Positions 50,790 to 64,000 of a stretch of 64,000 bases of DNA are shown piece after piece. The notes beneath the pieces were generated by a model. It did not search any database, had not been told where the DNA came from, and saw only the letters and a list, made by a program, of their open reading frames with translations. Positions within the stretch are counted from its first letter, which is position 1; the number at the start of each line of letters is the position of its first letter. The DNA comes from Amoebidium appalachense (taxonomy: Eukaryota; Protista; Ichthyosporea), in the NCBI GenBank assembly GCA_963693365.1, contig CAVNZM010000012.1:8932001-8996000 (forward strand), given 5' to 3'. The position numbers were made by a program, and so were the translations under genes.

Positions 50790-52300
50790 TCACGCACACA
50801 AATGCACAGAGGAATCCACACACACCCAAACACGTACAGGTGGTATTGAAAACAAAACTCGAACAATATGTAGTATTGTGTGTGGGTCTTGTTGCTGCGT
50901 CACCGGGTGCATGGCTGGGTGGTCCTACTGGCAGACACACAGATATTTTACAGGAGCATGTGTCACGGTGTGTGTGTGTGTGTGTTTTGTGTGTGTGCGT
51001 GCGTGTGTGGCTGCGTGTTTCTGTGCGCACATGCGCTCCTGTATGTGTTTGTGGGGCGGTGCTAAGCGTGCGTGTGTGCGCGCATCATGTGTGTAAAGTT
51101 TGTGTGTGTGGTGCTGTACTAAGCATGTGTGTGTCACGGTGTGTGCACATGCGTGTGTGTGTGTGTGTGTGCGCGCGCACGCGCGCGCGTGTGCCGTATG
51201 TGTGGGCGTGTGTGTGTGGTTTGTGTGTGTATGTGTGTGTATGCAATAAGTGTGCTTGTGTGCATGTGTGTGTGCCGGCGCATTGTGTGTGTGTTTGTGG
51301 TGCGGTTCTGTGCGTGCGTGCGTGTGTGCATGTGTGTGTGTGTGTTTGTGTGTGGGTGGTGCTGTGTGTGCTCTGCGTGCGTGTGTGCGTGCATACATGT
51401 GTGTGTGTGCGCGTGTGTGTGTGAACCTGTGAGTGCAACAGGTATGCCCAGGTTTTTGCGCGCTCCTGCAGGCTCTAAAGTCTTTAATAGTGGGTTGCTA
51501 CCACGTTGATGTGCACGTGCACGTGTCTGTGTGCAAGTATGACCGTCCACGTAACGTTGTGGTTGCTAGTAAGAACGGCAGAAGGGGATAAGGCGATAAT
51601 GTGTTACGGTGTGTGTCTTTTTACGGTCCAGATCACATCATAATCCCTATTCAAAGTTGTTGTTTTTCCCTCAGCTGGTTATTTTTTTGTTTGAAGGGGG
51701 GGGGGGGGGGGGGAGGGGAGGGGGGGGAGAGGGGGGAAGGGGGGGGGGGGGGGGGGGGAGGGGGGGGGGGGGGGGGGCACTATCATCTTCGTTGTATTTC
51801 ATCAGGCCCCTTTTTTGGTGCATTTTTTTTTAAAAGTTTTTTTCTGTCTTATTTTGAGCGCTGGGAAACAGTTGTGCGCTAGCATCTTTCAGTCTCCCGC
51901 AGTGCCCGTTTGTAAAATGCACGTGCACTTTAGTTATAAAAAAAAAAAAAAAACACGTGCTGGACCACCCTAGCACGAATCTCTTTTAAAAACCGAGCTA
52001 AGCTAATTCTTATAAAGAATGCTGTTAAATTTTATTGAGAATATTGTTAAACCAAATAGCAACTAAAATTGCAGTGTAGAGTTGCTAATAATACCTTTTG
52101 TAAGCTGCTACACCCGGAGAGTGCGTTGGTGGGCCAGCACACACGCACGGCACAGCCTGCAGGCATAAGAACGGGGCCCGGGTGTGCACGTGTGCGCCTT
52201 CTAGTTGTTGGTGGGTGTGTGCACGTGCATGCACGTGTCTTTGTATATCTCTCTTTCTATCATATTCCGTGTGCGCATGTACATGCAACCATATGCCTTT

Positions 52301-54271
<1,971 letters not shown>

Positions 54272-54329
54272 TGTGAGCGCGCCGGGTCCTACCCACGTAC
54301 TTTTATTATTCCTGATGCGTTGTTTTTTG

Positions 54330-54535
54330 TGACGTCAAAAGTTTGTGCGACTGACTGTGTCGCAACCGTTGAAAATAATCGTGAGCTGGTCACAGGTGCG
54401 AAGCTTTTTATACCTGCGACCTCTTGAATCATGGTGATTGGTTGGACAGTATCCACCAATCGGAACGTAGCGTATCATTCAGGTATCTACCCAATCAGAA
54501 ACGAGGTAAAAATACAACAATTGATGATTGGCCAA
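54330..54535 (-). promoter_or_regulatory. Promoter cluster of the MFS gene: TGACGTCA (54330-54337), TATAAAAA (54412-54405) and four CCAAT boxes
   Basis: Motif matches with CCAAT/ATTGG near 54437, 54456, 54491 and 54526, upstream of the TATA box. Confidence 0.55.
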
Positions 54536-55853
54536 AAATGTGACAACAGATCGTGAATCTAAGAACTAAAATCCCTTGGTATGGGGGGTCATGCTTTTAG
54601 CATCTAGATGAAAAACAGTCAGTTGGGTTATCAACATAAATTGGCTAGATTTATGCCAGCTAAGCCCGCGTTATAATTTATATTATTTACTATTGTTTAC
54701 TTATTTACTGTATAATAGAAGTTATAGTTCATCGACACAGGATGCCTTTATGCAAGCTGATTTGCTGTATTTCGCCTGCATATTATGTATCCCCCTTCAT
54801 TGGAATTTCCGATGAGGCTGGCGTGATATGTTCAAATCAATCGGAAGGCTCCACCTCTAACGTTTTCTAGATCACCAATCAGAAAACTCGACCTGCTTTT
54901 CATGCATTCCATGATTATCACCTCCGACTGTCCGACAGTCCGAAGAGTCCGGGCCACACGTGTGCGAACTGCGGGCCAGTCTGCGGCGTGCGTGCCATAC
55001 TGACGCGTGCCACCCGCCGGGCAAAAACAAGAGAGTGAGAGAGCAGAATAAAAGAAATAAATTAATGGACATTAAAAATCATCACATTTTATGCTAAATG
55101 ACCACATAAACCTATCGGGGGAGCTGCGCGTCAGCCCGGCTATGCATGAGCATGCAGAAGCTTGTATAGATCTATGTAGATCACGGTATTCCTCCTAATT
55201 ATAACGTGGTGGCCTTCGAAAGCGCACACACCGTGACACAGACAAGCCGCCTTCACTGTACTATTCATTTCTTGCTCTGTAGGGGCATCTGGAATGCATA
55301 AATAGGCTTGAATGTTCTCATTGAGTCAACACAACAGTGACAACAAAGCGCACTGAGCCACAAGAGATGCATGTACCATACATACGTTTTGTAGTGCAGC
55401 TGCATTTGCGCATGCACGAGTGGTACCGGTACGTGGGCAGCAAATTGTCTTACATGGCACAGAGCTTCAAGTGAATCTCACATTTTCTAGTTGAGAGAAC
55501 CATTACAGTTGCGCCTACAACACCATGTCGATGGATTCGTACTAGCTAGGCTAGCTATCATACGTTTGGCGTGCATCATCATGCACTTTCCGTTCCCCAA
55601 CATGCACAGGGACACCAAGGCTGATGGTTGCAAATGCAAGGGGGTAGTACATGACTATTGTGAGCAGCTGCTGATTCTGACGTTATGACGCTATGTCCTG
55701 TTCGCCCGTCCTCCAGACCCCAGAAAATACGGGACAATGGCAATCACATTGAGTCAGACATGATCGCGCACGACTCTATTAAGCCTTGAGGAGCTTCGGC
55801 TAGGAAGCTCCAAAGGCACTTAGGGAAGGTCCTACCACTATTAACACACACGA

Positions 55854-55981
<128 letters not shown>

Positions 55982-55986
55982 GCACG

Positions 55987-56018
<32 letters not shown>

Positions 56019-56180
56019 CACAAGCGCACACACACAAGCGCACGCACGCACACACATGCTCGCACCCGCACGTGGGCGCGCACACGCACACACATACACA
56101 CACACACACAAACACGCGCGCGCGCGCGTACACACGCATGCACGCACATGTGCGCACGCACACGCGCGCATATACACACA

Positions 56181-56223
<43 letters not shown>

Positions 56224-56424
56224 CATGCCGACACAGACACACGTACACACACGCGCGCACACACGCACACACACACACATACACACACGCACGCACAGGC
56301 ACGCACACAACATATACACAGTCACGACGGTTACTGCGCTGCGCAGGCACACACCCACTGCGACGTCCACATTCACATATACGCAAGGAAAACACACACG
56401 CGCGCGCATGTACACACATGCACA

Positions 56425-56503
<79 letters not shown>

Positions 56504-56601
56504 ACATCGTGTCACATGCGCATGCCACAGGCACATACATGACATGCACGCACAAACATGCACACACATACACAGTCACACGCACACACAGTCACCCACA
56601 C

Positions 56602-56646
<45 letters not shown>

Positions 56647-56866
56647 GTCACCGACATGCCAGATGCACGCACATGACACGAGCACATGAACATACACACA
56701 CAGTCACATGCACACACACACGAACAACACACACATGCACTTGCACACACAGATACACACACAGACACACACGCACATGCACGCACGCACATGCACACGC
56801 ATGCGCACGTGCACACGCACACGCACACACGCGCACACACATACACACACGTGTGCGGGCGCGCAC

Positions 56867-56947
<81 letters not shown>

Positions 56948-57498
56948 CACACACAGACACAGGCACACACACAGGTTGGAGATCAAGTGTTTTTCTTTTT
57001 TGGCTTTCCTTTTTATTGTATGTTTCCTTGTTTTTAGTTTTTTTTTTTTTTTTTTTTTGGTGGTTAGGGGAAGAGGGGGCGGAAGGGGGGGAGGGAGGGG
57101 AAGGGAGAGGGGGGGGGGAGGGGGTAGGGGGGGGGGGGGAAGGGGCGATGGGAGAGGGGTTGTTTTTTTTTTCAATTTGAAAGCTTGTCTATTCCATGTT
57201 CAACACTAACCCATAAACTTGCAGGTGCACAACCTACCACATAGTTTTAGCGAAAGACTGTGCCCATTTTCCCCGTTAAAAAAAGTAATGAACACACTTG
57301 TAAAGGTGTTACAAATAGCATCATCTCTCCTCCCTCCCCCCCCTCCCCCCCCCCCCCCCCCCCCCCCCCCCCGCCCCCCCGCCATGCCCCTGTATCCCGT
57401 CTCTACGATGTTCTGCAATGTCAACACACAGTCACAGACTATGGCACGAACGTGCCGTCACGGTTATAGCCACAAACACACACACACACACGCACACA

Positions 57499-57546
<48 letters not shown>

Positions 57547-57552
57547 CACCGT

Positions 57553-57616
<64 letters not shown>

Positions 57617-57753
57617 CACACGCACCCACACTGTACTGTACCAAAGATATTATAATAGGTCCTGCCCAGCTCTGTGTGCATAAATCTAGACTGCTGGGGC
57701 TCGGGGGGGAGATCTCCGGGGGCAGAGGGGTGGACCTCCCGGGAGGAGTACGT

Positions 57754-57784
<31 letters not shown>

Positions 57785-58992
57785 GGGGGGGGGCACGTGC
57801 TCGTTTTCAAAGATTTTTTTTCTGTCAGAAAGCATTCATTTTGACCACCAATACGTTCACTTAGTCTTCTTCAAGATGTTCAGGTCTGGCTTTTGAACAG
57901 ACACAGCTTTCTTGGTAAGATTTTCTTTTTTCCCGATAGCCACATGTTGACGTAAATCTGGGTGATTGTGATATCCAAAGCACGATCAAGCTTGCAGTGT
58001 TCCAAGATTTAATAGTTTCCTTTGAGTTTTTGTGTCTATCGGTCAGGTGCAAGTCTAAGTACACTGGAACTGCAATGTGATTTTCTGCGTCTATTAGCAA
58101 TATATATTCTAGCACGGTGTGTATTAAGGGTTGCATTGCTCATGAGAGTGTATTGTTGACTCCTGTTTCGCAGATAGAAAACGATGCATCATTGAAGCTT
58201 CTTTAACATTTCAGGCTACCACGATGGACATGATACCACACGTCCTTTAAAGATGACCGTATATTGTCTAGGGCTTTGACAGACTATATTTAGTGACATT
58301 TTAATCACCACTCAAATTAGCTTTTTATCACACTACCGTGATCCCTACTGTCAGGCCAACATGAAATGTATTCCCTCCGTGCACAGCGACTTGCACACAC
58401 ACGAAATAACAAATTGCAACCCCTAGTGATAATGTGGTAGTGCCCGTGCATGGTCCACTCTCAAGCCTGTCAGTTGGTATAGAGACCTATGCAGTTGGCC
58501 GGCGAACAGGCATTAAATCACAACCCGATTCAGCCCATGTTTTTTTAATGCAGAACTCACATACGTTTATGCTTGACCCTATGTGGTGGGCGTCTCTCCT
58601 GCACGGTTGGATGCACATGGGGTTTTCCTCGGGGCGGCTTTTTGAGGTTTTGCAGTAGTTGTGTGCAAAAATCACTTGCTCGTTCTGTGAAGAGGATTGG
58701 GGGGGGGGGGGGGGGGGGGGAGGGGGGGGGGGGGGTGGATGGGGGAAAAGGGGGGGGAGGGCAGGGGGATGAGGGGGGAGGGAATGGGGGCAGCTGAGGG
58801 GGGAGGGGGGAGGGGGAATGGGTGGGTGGGCGGATGGGTGGGGGGGGGGGGGAGGGGGGAGAGGGAGGGGTGGAGGGGGAGAGGGGGGGGGATTAATGGG
58901 TGGGTGGGTGGATGGGTTGGGGGGGGGGGGGGGGGGAGGGGGGAGGTGTGGAGGGGGGGGGGGGGAGGGGGGGGGGGGGGGGGCAAAGGGGA

Positions 58993-59657
58993 TGTAGGTG
59001 TGAGTTTGAGTGGTTGTCGTATCCTATTATATGTGTACTAGAGACGCGGCACTCTACTAAGTGTACACACACGAAAAGGAACGAACGTGTACAGAAAAAC
59101 GGTAAAGTTTATTCAGACCAGGCTCCGACGGGCAAACTTAGATCCGAACGGAATGAGTCTAAGTTACGACTGAGGCCATCAAGGCCGTGCCCTCAAAGAT
59201 CATCATCACCTGGCCCCCTACGATGCCACATTCCATTAACATTCCGATCTACTTTTATCGTGCGCCTGCACGAGCTAAGTCGATCTACTCAACTAATATA
59301 TTTATCCAAGTCTCACCCCTCACCCCTCCCCCTAGTGGCACCGCAGAGTCTAAATCTACATTTCATACTATCCTCCCCCCCCCCTCCCTCCCCCCCTTTC
59401 CTCTACATCTACATATATAAATACGTTTGGCAACATACACTATCTAACCTTGCCAATACTTACAAAAGGGCTTCTGCCCGAACAATCACATTCCTAAGTC
59501 CTCCTACGATCTATCCTACACACTAATTAGAATTCTATTGGACGGCTGTCCCGGCTGACGTGGTCCAATGCCCTGCGCCGGCAGAGGCAAGATGCACGCA
59601 GCTGTACAGCTATCTTGAGGCCCCGGACTTGATCTTGATGATCTGTGGACCCGGGCC

Positions 59658-59690
<33 letters not shown>

Positions 59691-59803
59691 ATCTCGATCG
59701 TAGACTTAGGCTGATCTGCTGAGACGGATTAGTATATGTCAACTCCCCCCCGGCCCCCGGAAAAGCTGAGTCCCACTGCACCTCAGTCACATTACATCTA
59801 ACA
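58993..59803 (-). repeat. Putative 3' LTR (~810 bp)
   Basis: Begins TGTTAGATGT immediately after a short purine tract (AGGGGG, 59809-59804) and ends ...CCTACA. It holds a TATA-like segment (~59413-59422) and AATAAA (~59108-59113). The second LTR is not in the window, so the boundaries are unconfirmed. Confidence 0.55.
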
Positions 59804-59946
59804 CCCCCTAAAAAGACATAGACTAATCAGTCTCCTAAAAAAATTAAATAAATAAATTACGAAGAAAAATAATAAATTAATCTACACCATAAGCTTGATA
59901 CCTACGGAGACACCTATGATAATAAATTAAATTCCTACGACTACGT

Positions 59947-61051
59947 TCACACTCCTCCTCGGTCTCCTCCCCTCCCTCCCCCCTCCCCCCGTGTGTCTAC
60001 GTGTATTTGCATCACTCCCCCCCCGGCCCCCTCCCCCACCGACTTTTTCACACCACGATTAAACTGAGGAATAACTCTCTTTGGCCGAGAGGGAGCACTA
60101 GGCAACTCCCTCTGCACTAATCTAGCCTCATAAGCACGAATAGAAAACGGGCAATCCAAATGAAACTCAGGCAACCACTGATCTTCCTGATAACCTCCCT
60201 CAAAACGAATTAAATAATAATTTACCTTACCTTCCTTACCTTCGATAACCTTTTTATCCATAATTTTATCTACTGCAGCCTCCGATACATCCACCGACCC
60301 GTCATAGTCGGGGGTGAATGCATCTAACACTCGACGGCCCTCCGGCCGTTTAACCCTAAGGGCCCTATCATAATATTCCTTTATATCATCTACATTATAA
60401 AATCTAACATCACTCTCATTATCTAACCTCTGCACCTTATATTCCGTCGGACCTAACCTAGCCACTATTTTATACGGGCCAATGAAAAGAGGCAACCATT
60501 TCTTACCATCAAGGCTTACGAAGACCTTCACCTTCACCCTTACCTTCCTGCTCCTGCTTATATCTCTTTTTCCTAGTATGATCCCTAATTAAAACTAAAG
60601 TACCCTCGGCAAATTCACGTAACGGACGTGTGGACACGTCTGTACGTGCCTGTGCCTGCTGTGTACGGGCCAGAGCTGCATCACGTGCAGCCCGGGCCCG
60701 GGTTAGTAGCTGCTCCCGGAACTCAGTCCAGTGGGGATAGGTTAGTCGGTCAGCCCCCCCCATCGGCAAAAGTGCCGTATCTAACAAACTAATAGCCTCC
60801 TGCCCATAGACCAAATAAAACGGAGAAAAACCAGTCACTGCATGAGGGGTAGAATTATACGAATGAGCAATAAACCTAGACATATGATCCCAATCATTAG
60901 CCTCCACATCCACCATTTTGCCAAAGGACTTCTGAAACACTGCATGCACACGTTCAGAGATGGCATTTGCTTGAGGGTGATATGCAGACGTAGTGATATG
61001 AGCTACCCTTAAAATTTTACACACCTCCGACACCAACTGATTTAAAAACAC
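59947..61051 (-). pseudogene. Truncated, frameshifted integrase C-terminal half with GPY/F motif and chromodomain
   Basis: TTSAYHPQANAISERVH, YNSTPHAVTGFSPFYLVYG, LFIGPYKIV and VDKIMDKK...YYLIRFEGGYQEDQWLPE are spread over two frames. Confidence 0.88.
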
Positions 61052-62808
61052 ACGACTCTTATCCGCCCCCCCTTCCCCCCCTCCCCCCCCCGTCTCTCAC
61101 TAGCCCCCCCCTCCCCCTCCTTCTCTTCTTCAAACAAAATATAAGCAGCACGAGAGAGAGCATCACAGTCAACCATTGTTTCACCCTTGGCATAAAACAA
61201 TTTATAGGAGAACTCACCGAGAGCCGCGGCCCACTTCTGCATCCTCTCGTTGACCAGACGAGTGGTGCCGGCCATGGCTAGGCAGGGCTTGTGGTCGGTG
61301 TAGACCTCAAACGTCCTGCCTGCGAGTATATACCTCCATGCCTGTGAGACTGCCCAAAAGATAGCATGGGACTCTCTCTCCGGATTGCTATATCTACGTT
61401 CACTTTTACTAAATGAACGACTAGCATAAGCAATCACTCTATCCTGCCCCTCCTGCACTTGATATAACACGGCCCCCTCAGCAACCTTACTTGCATCACA
61501 CCGAACTTTAAACATCCCCCCCCCGGCCGAAAAATCAGGATGAACAAGCATACTCGAAGACTGCAAAGCTAACTTAAGCTTTTCGAAAGCAGAAACAGCA
61601 TCAACATTCCAATCTATTCTATTCTTCTTCTCCCCCCCCGTCTGACTAGTTAACGGCAAAGCAAGCATACTATAATCCTTAATATAACGACGAAGATAGT
61701 TAGTTAAACCTAAAAATTGCCTTAGTTGAGTGACAGTCTGAGGACGGGGCCACTCAACTATGGCCCGGATTTTCTCCGGATCAGGGGCAAGACCATTACT
61801 AGACACAATATGACCTAAAAACTTAACCTCCGGCACACCAATCACAGTCTTGCTACCGCTAATGCGAAGACCAGACTCACCCAAAGCTAAAAATACTTTT
61901 TCACAATTATTAACTAGCTCCTCAAATGACCTACCTTTAATTAAAACATCATCCAAATAAGGGTGGCATACATCCAAATGAGGGTGGAGAATTTTATACA
62001 TTACCCGGCACAACATAGCTGGAGAGGAGAGCAAACCCATCGGCACCACCTTGTACTGGAACAGCTGGTCACCCAGTGCAAAGGCAGTCTTCTCCTTGCT
62101 GCTCTCCTCCAACCTTATCTGCCAAAAAGCTGCTTTTAAATCAAGTTTAGCAAAGTGAGTATAGCCGTGCAGCTGTGAAAGCTGCTCGTCTATGTTAGGG
62201 AGAGGCCATTGGTCTGCCTTAGTGATCCGATTCAGAGCCCTGTAATCGTTCACTAGACGCCAAGACCCGTCGGGCTTCTTAACCAATAGCACCGGACTTC
62301 TCCACGGACTCGAACTATGCTCCACATGCCCCTTTTTTAACATATCACTCACTATTATTAGCGCATCCGACAATTTATACTGCTCCATTCTATAGCTAGG
62401 CATCACTACCGGCCTATTATCACCTGTGTCGATCTGCATTTCAAACCCTTTAACGAAGCCTACTTCGTTATCATCGGCCAGAAATGCAAACCGAGTCCTA
62501 TCAAATAACTTAGCTAGCAATTTTTTCTGTTCTACCGTCCAATCCCCCTCCTTCATACCAAACGGCAATACTAACTCCGGGTTACCCCCATCACAAGTGG
62601 ATGCATCCTTATTCACCGGAGTGCCACTTAACATTTCACCTCCTGTATTACATCGGTGCTGCTCGGGGTGAGGTTGAGGTACCTCCGGATATAGGCGGTC
62701 ACCCTTAGCACCCCCCCCTCCCCCCGGCACACCAATGCCCCCGGGCAATTCCTGATGAGTTAGTGCATGTATGTGGGGGGCCAGGTCTGTGGCCACCCTG
62801 CCCCCCAC
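61042..62808 (-). CDS. Retrotransposon reverse transcriptase and RNase H
   Basis: SSPWRSPVLLVKKPDGSWRLVNDYRALN, LDLKAAFWQI, PMGL, YLDD, CDAS, IAYASR, YTDHK. Confidence 0.95.
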   Translation of the reverse strand: MGGRVATDLAPHIHALTHQELPGGIGVPGGGGGAKGDRLYPEVPQPHPEQHRCNTGGEMLSGTPVNKDASTCDGGNPELVLPFGMKEGDWTVEQKKLLAKLFDRTRFAFLADDNEVGFVKGFEMQIDTGDNRPVVMPSYRMEQYKLSDALIIVSDMLKKGHVEHSSSPWRSPVLLVKKPDGSWRLVNDYRALNRITKADQWPLPNIDEQLSQLHGYTHFAKLDLKAAFWQIRLEESSKEKTAFALGDQLFQYKVVPMGLLSSPAMLCRVMYKILHPHLDVCHPYLDDVLIKGRSFEELVNNCEKVFLALGESGLRISGSKTVIGVPEVKFLGHIVSSNGLAPDPEKIRAIVEWPRPQTVTQLRQFLGLTNYLRRYIKDYSMLALPLTSQTGGEKKNRIDWNVDAVSAFEKLKLALQSSSMLVHPDFSAGGGMFKVRCDASKVAEGAVLYQVQEGQDRVIAYASRSFSKSERRYSNPERESHAIFWAVSQAWRYILAGRTFEVYTDHKPCLAMAGTTRLVNERMQKWAAALGEFSYKLFYAKGETMVDCDALSRAAYILFEEEKEGEGGASERRGGEGGKGGRIRVVCF

Positions 62809-62840
62809 GGTGTTGGTTAACCCGTCAGATCCACGGGTTA

Positions 62841-63856
62841 CTAAACCAACACCCTCCCCCCTGCCTGCACATTCTCACACCCGGGGTGACCCTCCTTCCT
62901 CTTGGGGGTCGGGGGAGTGGGACCGGGAGTGGGACCGGTGCTCTCCCGGTCCCCCCCCCCATCGTGTCGGGTGACATTTTTGTGGCTAACGTTAAATAAA
63001 GTTGCTCCCCCTCCTCCTGAGTCACCCTTCGAGCCGGCATCCTCCTTTTGGGTAATAAGAGAGACCTCTATACTACCAATCTCATTAGTGAAACTACCGA
63101 CGGAAACACCTGACCTAATCACTATAGGCTCGATGCCCGGATTCACTAATTCTATTTCTATTGTCTTCATCAGTTATCCGGCCATACCCTACTAAGGGTC
63201 CATTGGGCCACCTCCTGAAATGGGGTTTTCGGAGTAAAAACCCCTAAATCCCCTATCCTAACATGATTGCCGGCCCGGACACGTACCGTTTGGCACTGAT
63301 AAGGCTCGATTACTACTTCAGCTACCGTTCTAGCACCAGACTGATAACCGTCGAGCCCATCATGGGTTTTAATTTTAACGCCGGACTGCAATTCTAAAAC
63401 ATTCGTACGTTCAAACAAAGCATTCACATGTCTACGGAAAAATGGGGCTCCCAACAAAACACTTTGAGCTAAATCCTTAACCACATAACAAGCAACATGC
63501 ATAGCCTGGCCACCTATCTCACACGGCAACACACAAACACCTTCCACAGACATACTACTATTATTAGCACTACCTAAGGCTGTGCTAGAAGCATCTAAAA
63601 TAGGAATTTCCCCCCCGGCTCGATTAAAACGACGAATAAACGAAGCATGCACACAATTAACCTGAGCCCCTCCATCGAGCAAAGCAACAGCCTTCAACTT
63701 ACCATCAGCTAACCATACGTCTATATAATGCCGGCTAAAACCAACTAAATCCTCCTCCAATTCAAGCAACACATCATCACTCACACCCAATCCCTGCCCA
63801 CGAAGACTCACACCCTCGATACCTACGTGCAACATACCTACCTGTGGTGCCTGCAC
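62841..63856 (-). pseudogene. Retropepsin-like aspartic protease region plus downstream beta-rich linker, frameshifted at ~63170
   Basis: KAVALLDGGAQVNCV ... SANNSSMSVEG ... VLLGAPFF, then IELVNPGIEPIVIRSGVSVG in another frame. Confidence 0.8.
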
Positions 63857-64000
63857 GGGTGGGGTGGGGTGTGTATGTGGTGTGGGTGGTGGTGGAGTGT
63901 GTGTGTGTGATGTGTGGGTGGGTGGTGTGTGTGTGTTTGGTGTATGTGTGGGTGTGTGTGTGGGTGTAGGTGTGTCTGCAACCGTCGTATGTTGTTGTGG

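Larger units (their letters stand above)
58993..64000 (-). mobile_element. Degenerate Ty3/Gypsy chromodomain-bearing LTR retrotransposon (5' part probably beyond the window)
   Basis: Domain order protease - RT - RNase H - integrase - chromodomain, then a polypurine tract and LTR-like segment. Several frameshifts and an internal deletion are present. Confidence 0.92.

Noticed and set aside
58487-58560. CIKKTWAESGC resembling the C..WW..AGC module motif
   Set aside because: The match is too short, it lacks GPF, APK and DFNEY, and no matching splice frame exists; probably chance.

Overview
This is eukaryotic nuclear DNA rich in introns, with non-coding sequence saturated by (CA/TG)n, (CGTG)n and long G/C homopolymers. 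Most ORFs in the supplied track are translations of these repeats. The lineage looks like a unicellular opisthokont or holozoan (inference only). I reconstructed six host genes by hand from splice signals and reading phase: (1) a secreted spherulin-4/GH135-like glycoside hydrolase fused to four copies of an unrecognised ~75-aa Cys/Trp module, each on its own phase 1-1 exon (1081-11580, -); (2) GET2/CAML (-), head-to-head with (3) prefoldin 5 (+); (4) a 23-exon CLC-3/4/5-type Cl-/H+ exchanger (-); (5) an intronless F-box/LRR gene (+); (6) an SLC43/FMP42-like MFS transporter (-). The window ends in a degenerate chromodomain-bearing Ty3/Gypsy retrotransposon. Splicing is unusual: two AT-AC U12-type introns, two GC-AG introns, 6-nt and 23-nt microexons, tandem arrays that copy exon/donor junctions or branch points, and four intronic MITE-like elements. 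All gene models are manual and untested by RNA data.
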